Virus record (IMG/VR): IMGVR_UViG_3300027747_002957
Origin: an uncultured virus (IMG/VR IMGVR_UViG_3300027747_002957)
Taxonomy: Duplodnaviria > Heunggongvirae > Uroviricota > Caudoviricetes
DNA: 20,000 bases
Strand: one strand, 5' to 3'
The notes beneath the pieces are model-generated. The model worked only from the letters and a program-made list of their open reading frames with translations, was not told the DNA's origin and ran no database searches. The first letter of the stretch is position 1, and each line of letters begins with the position of its first letter. Positions 16,585-20,000 of this stretch are shown here, piece after piece. The translations under genes and the position numbers were made by a program.

Positions 16585-17472
16585 TCACTCGTAGCTGAAC
16601 AGCTTCTCCGGGAGATACTTGAGGTGTTCCTTGATGCGCTGTTCTGCGATGTCGCAGTAGTGCTGGCTCATGTCGATGCCCATGAACACTCGACCTTCCT
16701 GCAGCGCGCCTATGCCGGTGCTGCCTGAACCGTTGAAGGGATCTAGCACCAGGCCACCCTCGGGGCTATAGATCCTGCAGAGATAGCGCATGAGATCGAT
16801 GGGCTTGGGCGTGGGATGATCGTTGTATTCCCCACGCTCCTTGCGGTTCACACGCGGTGCGTAGAAGTATTTCTGATGCGAGGGGTCATCAAAGTGGCCC
16901 ACGATGTTGCTGGGATAGCGACCGTTTGGATTGGCATCTTCTGTTTCAATCACTGCCTGATCAGCTGCCTTGGCCACGTCCCCGCCAAAGGCCCTGCGCT
17001 TGCTACCACCCTTGACCCAGCCAGTGGGAGGCTTGCCGTCCCAGGGCACACGAGCGTTCGCTGTGTTTATGCGGCCGCAACCCCACTTCTCCATGTTCTT
17101 GTCAATGGAGCCTTCCAAGGGTTTTTGTGCCACGAAGATGGGTTCATGTGCGGGCTTGAGCCTGTTGGTCTTGGCCATCTTGGTAGTGACCATCCAAAAG
17201 ATCATGTCTAATGGACGGAAGCCTGCATCTTCCACGTTCACTGCCATCCTGTGATAGAACTCCGGAGCACAGAAGCTGAGCACGAACGCACCAGGCTTGA
17301 GCACGCGATACACAGCATCCCAGGTCTCGCGAGGCGGCACGTTGTGATCCCAGCCAACACCAGCGATGTCCATGCCATAGGGCGGATCAGTGATGCAGGC
17401 ATCAAACGTGTTGGGTTCCATGGCGTTCATGGCAGTGATGTTGTTGTCGCAGATGATCTTATATGGCTGCAT
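16585..17472 (-). CDS. DNA amino-methyltransferase (N4-C/N6-A), beta class
   Basis: Catalytic 'ITDPPY' near the N-terminus; 'HPTPKP' and SAM-binding 'VLDPFNGSGSTG' near the C-terminus. Confidence 0.93.
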   Translation of the reverse strand: MQPYKIICDNNITAMNAMEPNTFDACITDPPYGMDIAGVGWDHNVPPRETWDAVYRVLKPGAFVLSFCAPEFYHRMAVNVEDAGFRPLDMIFWMVTTKMAKTNRLKPAHEPIFVAQKPLEGSIDKNMEKWGCGRINTANARVPWDGKPPTGWVKGGSKRRAFGGDVAKAADQAVIETEDANPNGRYPSNIVGHFDDPSHQKYFYAPRVNRKERGEYNDHPTPKPIDLMRYLCRIYSPEGGLVLDPFNGSGSTGIGALQEGRVFMGIDMSQHYCDIAEQRIKEHLKYLPEKLFSYE

Positions 17473-18142
17473 ATGCTAACACGTTGCTTTCGCAACGCTC
17501 CCTGTCTGCGTGTGTGAAATAATTGTTGAATTTCTCGCCGCCGTCTTGGAAGAATTGTTGTCTTACTTTAACCACGAATCCTCGTTTGTACAAGTCAACA
17601 GCTGCGCGATCTTTGGCAGATTCGGACATGACCTGTCTGGCGGCGGCCACCGCATTGTGCAGGATATCTCGAGTAGCCTGAGTGATCACATCTCGGCCCA
17701 TGAACACCGTGGTTTCATCCCTGTCTCCACTGCTGAGCACGTAGATAGCATCAGCCTTGGGCAAGCTGTCATTCCACATGGGACAGGTTCCTTCTTTGCC
17801 GCTCTTGCATTCTATCACTACCAATCTGCCATTGGTATCTCGCAGCACGATGTCTGGAAAGCTTTGGCTACCAGCTGGCTGCAACACAAATTCACAGGGA
17901 GCCAGGCCACTGAGTTTTGATTCCACATCTGAAATATCGTCTTGATCCAGCCATAGCTTGAAGTGCTTCTTGGCCAATCCTTGGAAAGCTTTCACAGATC
18001 TCTCTGTGAATCCACAGGCCACTAGCACGTCTGCCACGGCTCGTTCATGCCCATAGCTGGCGCCGCCGCTGCGAGCATGTTGGTTTTTGAAGTATTTCAT
18101 AGCCAATATCTGTGCCATGGCATTGCCAAATCGAGCGCACAT
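17459..18142 (-). CDS. PD-(D/E)xK nuclease, putative type II restriction endonuclease
   Basis: 'GHERAV...QPAGSQSFPDIVL...VIECKS' gives an E...PD...ExK core; GAGGA SD; overlaps the methyltransferase start by 14 nt. Confidence 0.7.
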   Translation of the reverse strand: MCARFGNAMAQILAMKYFKNQHARSGGASYGHERAVADVLVACGFTERSVKAFQGLAKKHFKLWLDQDDISDVESKLSGLAPCEFVLQPAGSQSFPDIVLRDTNGRLVVIECKSGKEGTCPMWNDSLPKADAIYVLSSGDRDETTVFMGRDVITQATRDILHNAVAAARQVMSESAKDRAAVDLYKRGFVVKVRQQFFQDGGEKFNNYFTHADRERCESNVLAYAAI

Positions 18143-18163
18143 GTAAAATCCTCAGTTTCACTA

Positions 18164-18192
18164 AAGCTAGCATGATTAGAATGATCTGTCAA
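18164..18192 (-). promoter_or_regulatory. Sigma70-type (early) promoter for the nuclease-methyltransferase operon
   Basis: On the minus strand: TTGACA (18192-18187), 17 nt, TAGCTT (18169-18164), with a TGn extended -10. Confidence 0.7.
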
Positions 18193-18196
18193 CACC

Positions 18197-18203
18197 ATAA
18201 ATA
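18197..18203 (+). promoter_or_regulatory. T4-like late promoter motif (ATAAATA) upstream of the RyR-domain gene
   Basis: ATAAATA at 18197-18203, 4 nt before ATG 18208, with no SD. Confidence 0.6.
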
Positions 18204-18207
18204 TCGC

Positions 18208-18783
18208 ATGCGTCACACAGCCAAGCACAGTATAGAGGTCAAGACCCAGGAAAAGCTACCACAGGGGGTGGCTGGACTATGGGCAAGAACCGTGCGAGAT
18301 CACGGGCCTCCGGGCATCATCGCAGCAGCTCAGCTGATGAACGGACGCGACAGTGTGTGGAGCAGGCTATGGTGCGAACAGGGCAACACCGGCTATCACT
18401 ACATAGTGCCACTGGGACGTGACCTCGAAGAAAGCGAAGCAGATGCCATAGCCCAGGGCTGGAGTGATGCCTATCCAGACGGTGATTTCGTGATAAACTG
18501 GACGCAACGAGCTGTGGCAGAAAACAGGGTCTTGGAACAACAGACAGATCTGCTCGCCGAGATAGCAGAAGCAGCTGCCAAGCAATACCACAACACATGG
18601 CATGCTGCCAAGGTCAACGAGGGCTGGAGCTTTGCTCACAAGCTGGATGGCAAGAACCGCAGGCATCCCATGCTGCAGCCCTGGGAAAACCTCCCAGAAT
18701 CATACAGAGTGACAGAACGCGAAAGATTCCATACACTGTTGAAGGTGCTGGAAGGGTTGGACCTCCAGATCACCAGGAGGTAG
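18208..18783 (+). CDS. RyR domain-containing protein
   Basis: C-terminal 'AKQYHNTWHAAKVNEGWSF....DGKNRRHPMLQPWENLPESYR' matches the RyR repeat consensus (H..W...K...GW.Y...D...K.HP.L.P...L). Start placed at 18208, after the late motif. Confidence 0.8.
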   Translation: MRHTAKHSIEVKTQEKLPQGVAGLWARTVRDHGPPGIIAAAQLMNGRDSVWSRLWCEQGNTGYHYIVPLGRDLEESEADAIAQGWSDAYPDGDFVINWTQRAVAENRVLEQQTDLLAEIAEAAAKQYHNTWHAAKVNEGWSFAHKLDGKNRRHPMLQPWENLPESYRVTERERFHTLLKVLEGLDLQITRR

Positions 18784-18785
18784 GC

Positions 18786-19295
18786 ATGGATCTCAGGGAA
18801 GCAGTCAAAGACATACATCACGCTGCGGAGCGTACCAAATGGTCACAGATGATGATCAGCGGCGACATGCGCTTGGAACAGTACGCAGCCATGCTTTATA
18901 ACATGCACCCTATCTACACCGAGCTAGAGCGCACAGGTCTGATCACCAAACCCCAGGTGCTGCGTGCTGACAGGGTACAGGCTGATCTGGATTCTGTTGG
19001 TGGCACCAACCATGGTCTCTGTCTCAGCACGGTATACTACGTGAGGCACTTGGAAACGCTAGACGACCGTGATCGCTGGGCACACATCTATGTGCACTAT
19101 CTAGGCAACATGTACGGTGGGCAGATGATCGGCCGCCGCTTGCCGGGTCAGCACAGCCACTTGCTGTTCGAAGATCTGGATGGCTGCATTGCCTATGTGC
19201 GCAGCAACCTACAGGACGTTCGCACAGACACAGCCGTGAGCGCGTTTGAATGGACCATCAAGGTGTATGATGAACTGCATAACCTATTTGGATGA
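18786..19295 (+). CDS. ho1: Heme oxygenase (biliverdin-producing)
   Basis: AGGAGG SD; proximal His in 'LREAVKDIHHAAE'; distal helix 'AHIYVHYLGNMYGGQMI'. The true start is 18786, not 18597. Confidence 0.9.
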   Translation: MDLREAVKDIHHAAERTKWSQMMISGDMRLEQYAAMLYNMHPIYTELERTGLITKPQVLRADRVQADLDSVGGTNHGLCLSTVYYVRHLETLDDRDRWAHIYVHYLGNMYGGQMIGRRLPGQHSHLLFEDLDGCIAYVRSNLQDVRTDTAVSAFEWTIKVYDELHNLFG

Positions 19296-19905
19296 GCTGG
19301 CACAGCGATTCTGCGAGGTCATAGCAGCGCAGCCCAGAGCACAGTCGGTGACAACCAAGGACTATGGTTGGGCCAACCATCGATGGACCAGCCCACAGTT
19401 CCGCATGGCACACGTAGAAATCTTCAACAGAGACCGCTTCATGGTTGTACACTGCTGCGTGTTCCCCCACTACAGCGACACCAGTCCCATATTTGGTTTT
19501 GATGCCATCGCAGGTGAATCCAAGATCACCGGACTGTTCTGGGACCTCAGTCCCACGGTGAGACCAACTAAACCATTCAATCCCATTGAAGGCTTGGTCA
19601 ACAGAGAACGACCTGAATGGGGTAACATCTTCAGTGAGCACTGGGTAGCATGCAGGCCAACTCTGGCTCAGCTCACAGAGATAGGCGCAGCTGCTGTGGC
19701 CTGCTTGGCTGACTATCTTCCCAGTCTTGGACAGCTGAGGCATGTCAGAGAACCAATCATCGCAGCACAGGATATGTACTGCTTGCAGCAGAGAAAGAAC
19801 GAACACACCATGAGAGCCATCACCAACCTGCTGGGTCCAGATCTGGCCCAAGAGTTCGTGACCACGGTGCTGTTCCCAACTTCAGAGGACCAACCACATG
19901 GTTAG
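19267..19905 (+). CDS. pcyA: Ferredoxin-dependent bilin reductase, PcyA/PcyX-like
   Basis: 'FRMAHVE', 'VHCCVFP...PIFGFD', 'DLSP', 'RERPEWGNIFS' and 'Q..YC.QQ.KN.HT' match PcyA-family motifs; adjacent to heme oxygenase. Start is 19267 or 19270. Confidence 0.85.
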   Translation: MMNCITYLDELAQRFCEVIAAQPRAQSVTTKDYGWANHRWTSPQFRMAHVEIFNRDRFMVVHCCVFPHYSDTSPIFGFDAIAGESKITGLFWDLSPTVRPTKPFNPIEGLVNRERPEWGNIFSEHWVACRPTLAQLTEIGAAAVACLADYLPSLGQLRHVREPIIAAQDMYCLQQRKNEHTMRAITNLLGPDLAQEFVTTVLFPTSEDQPHG

Positions 19906-20000
19906 CTTGAGAGAGCAGTATCCCGCATACATGAACAACACGGACATCACAGCCCTGATAGACCTTGCTCGTCTCATACCGTCGGGCGGCACTGCCGTGG
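19898..20000 (+). CDS. Probable class I SAM-dependent methyltransferase, 3'-truncated
   Basis: GAGGA SD; MVSLREQYPAYMNNTDITALIDLARLIPSGGTAV... appears to run into a motif-I 'VE(I)G' at the window edge. Confidence 0.5.
   Translation, partial: MVSLREQYPAYMNNTDITALIDLARLIPSGGTAV

Noticed and set aside
18597..18785. N-terminal extension of heme oxygenase
   Set aside because: It overlaps the RyR gene; the AGGAGG SD supports ATG 18786.
1..20000. CRISPR arrays, tRNA/rRNA genes, IS elements, introns or inteins
   Set aside because: I saw no repeat-spacer periodicity, no non-coding gap long enough for an RNA gene, and no transposase or intein motifs.

Overview
This looks like part of a large dsDNA bacteriophage genome, probably T4-like and infecting a Gram-negative host. 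The evidence is a two-component spanin pair, a 3TM-family holin, T4-late-type TAAATA promoter motifs and very dense, translationally coupled genes. Positions 1-13964 (+) hold an almost gap-free biosynthetic operon: seven radical SAM genes (three with an N-terminal Twitch-like module, three sharing a Cys-rich auxiliary domain that is permuted in one, one cobalamin-binding), two glycosyltransferase-like proteins, an unannotated 36-aa 'PFIY' peptide, an SGNH protein, a UDP-sugar dehydrogenase and a NodU/CmcH-type carbamoyltransferase. It is most likely an uncharacterised phage pathway for glycan, DNA or protein hypermodification. Next comes a convergent lysis cassette (i-spanin, o-spanin, holin); the holin RBS is buried in a perfect hairpin that overlaps a late promoter. 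The rest holds a SAM methyltransferase, a sigma70-driven PD-(D/E)xK nuclease plus beta-class DNA methyltransferase pair, and a late operon encoding a RyR-domain protein, heme oxygenase, a PcyA/PcyX-like bilin reductase and a partial methyltransferase. All family calls come from motif recognition by eye; no database searches were run.
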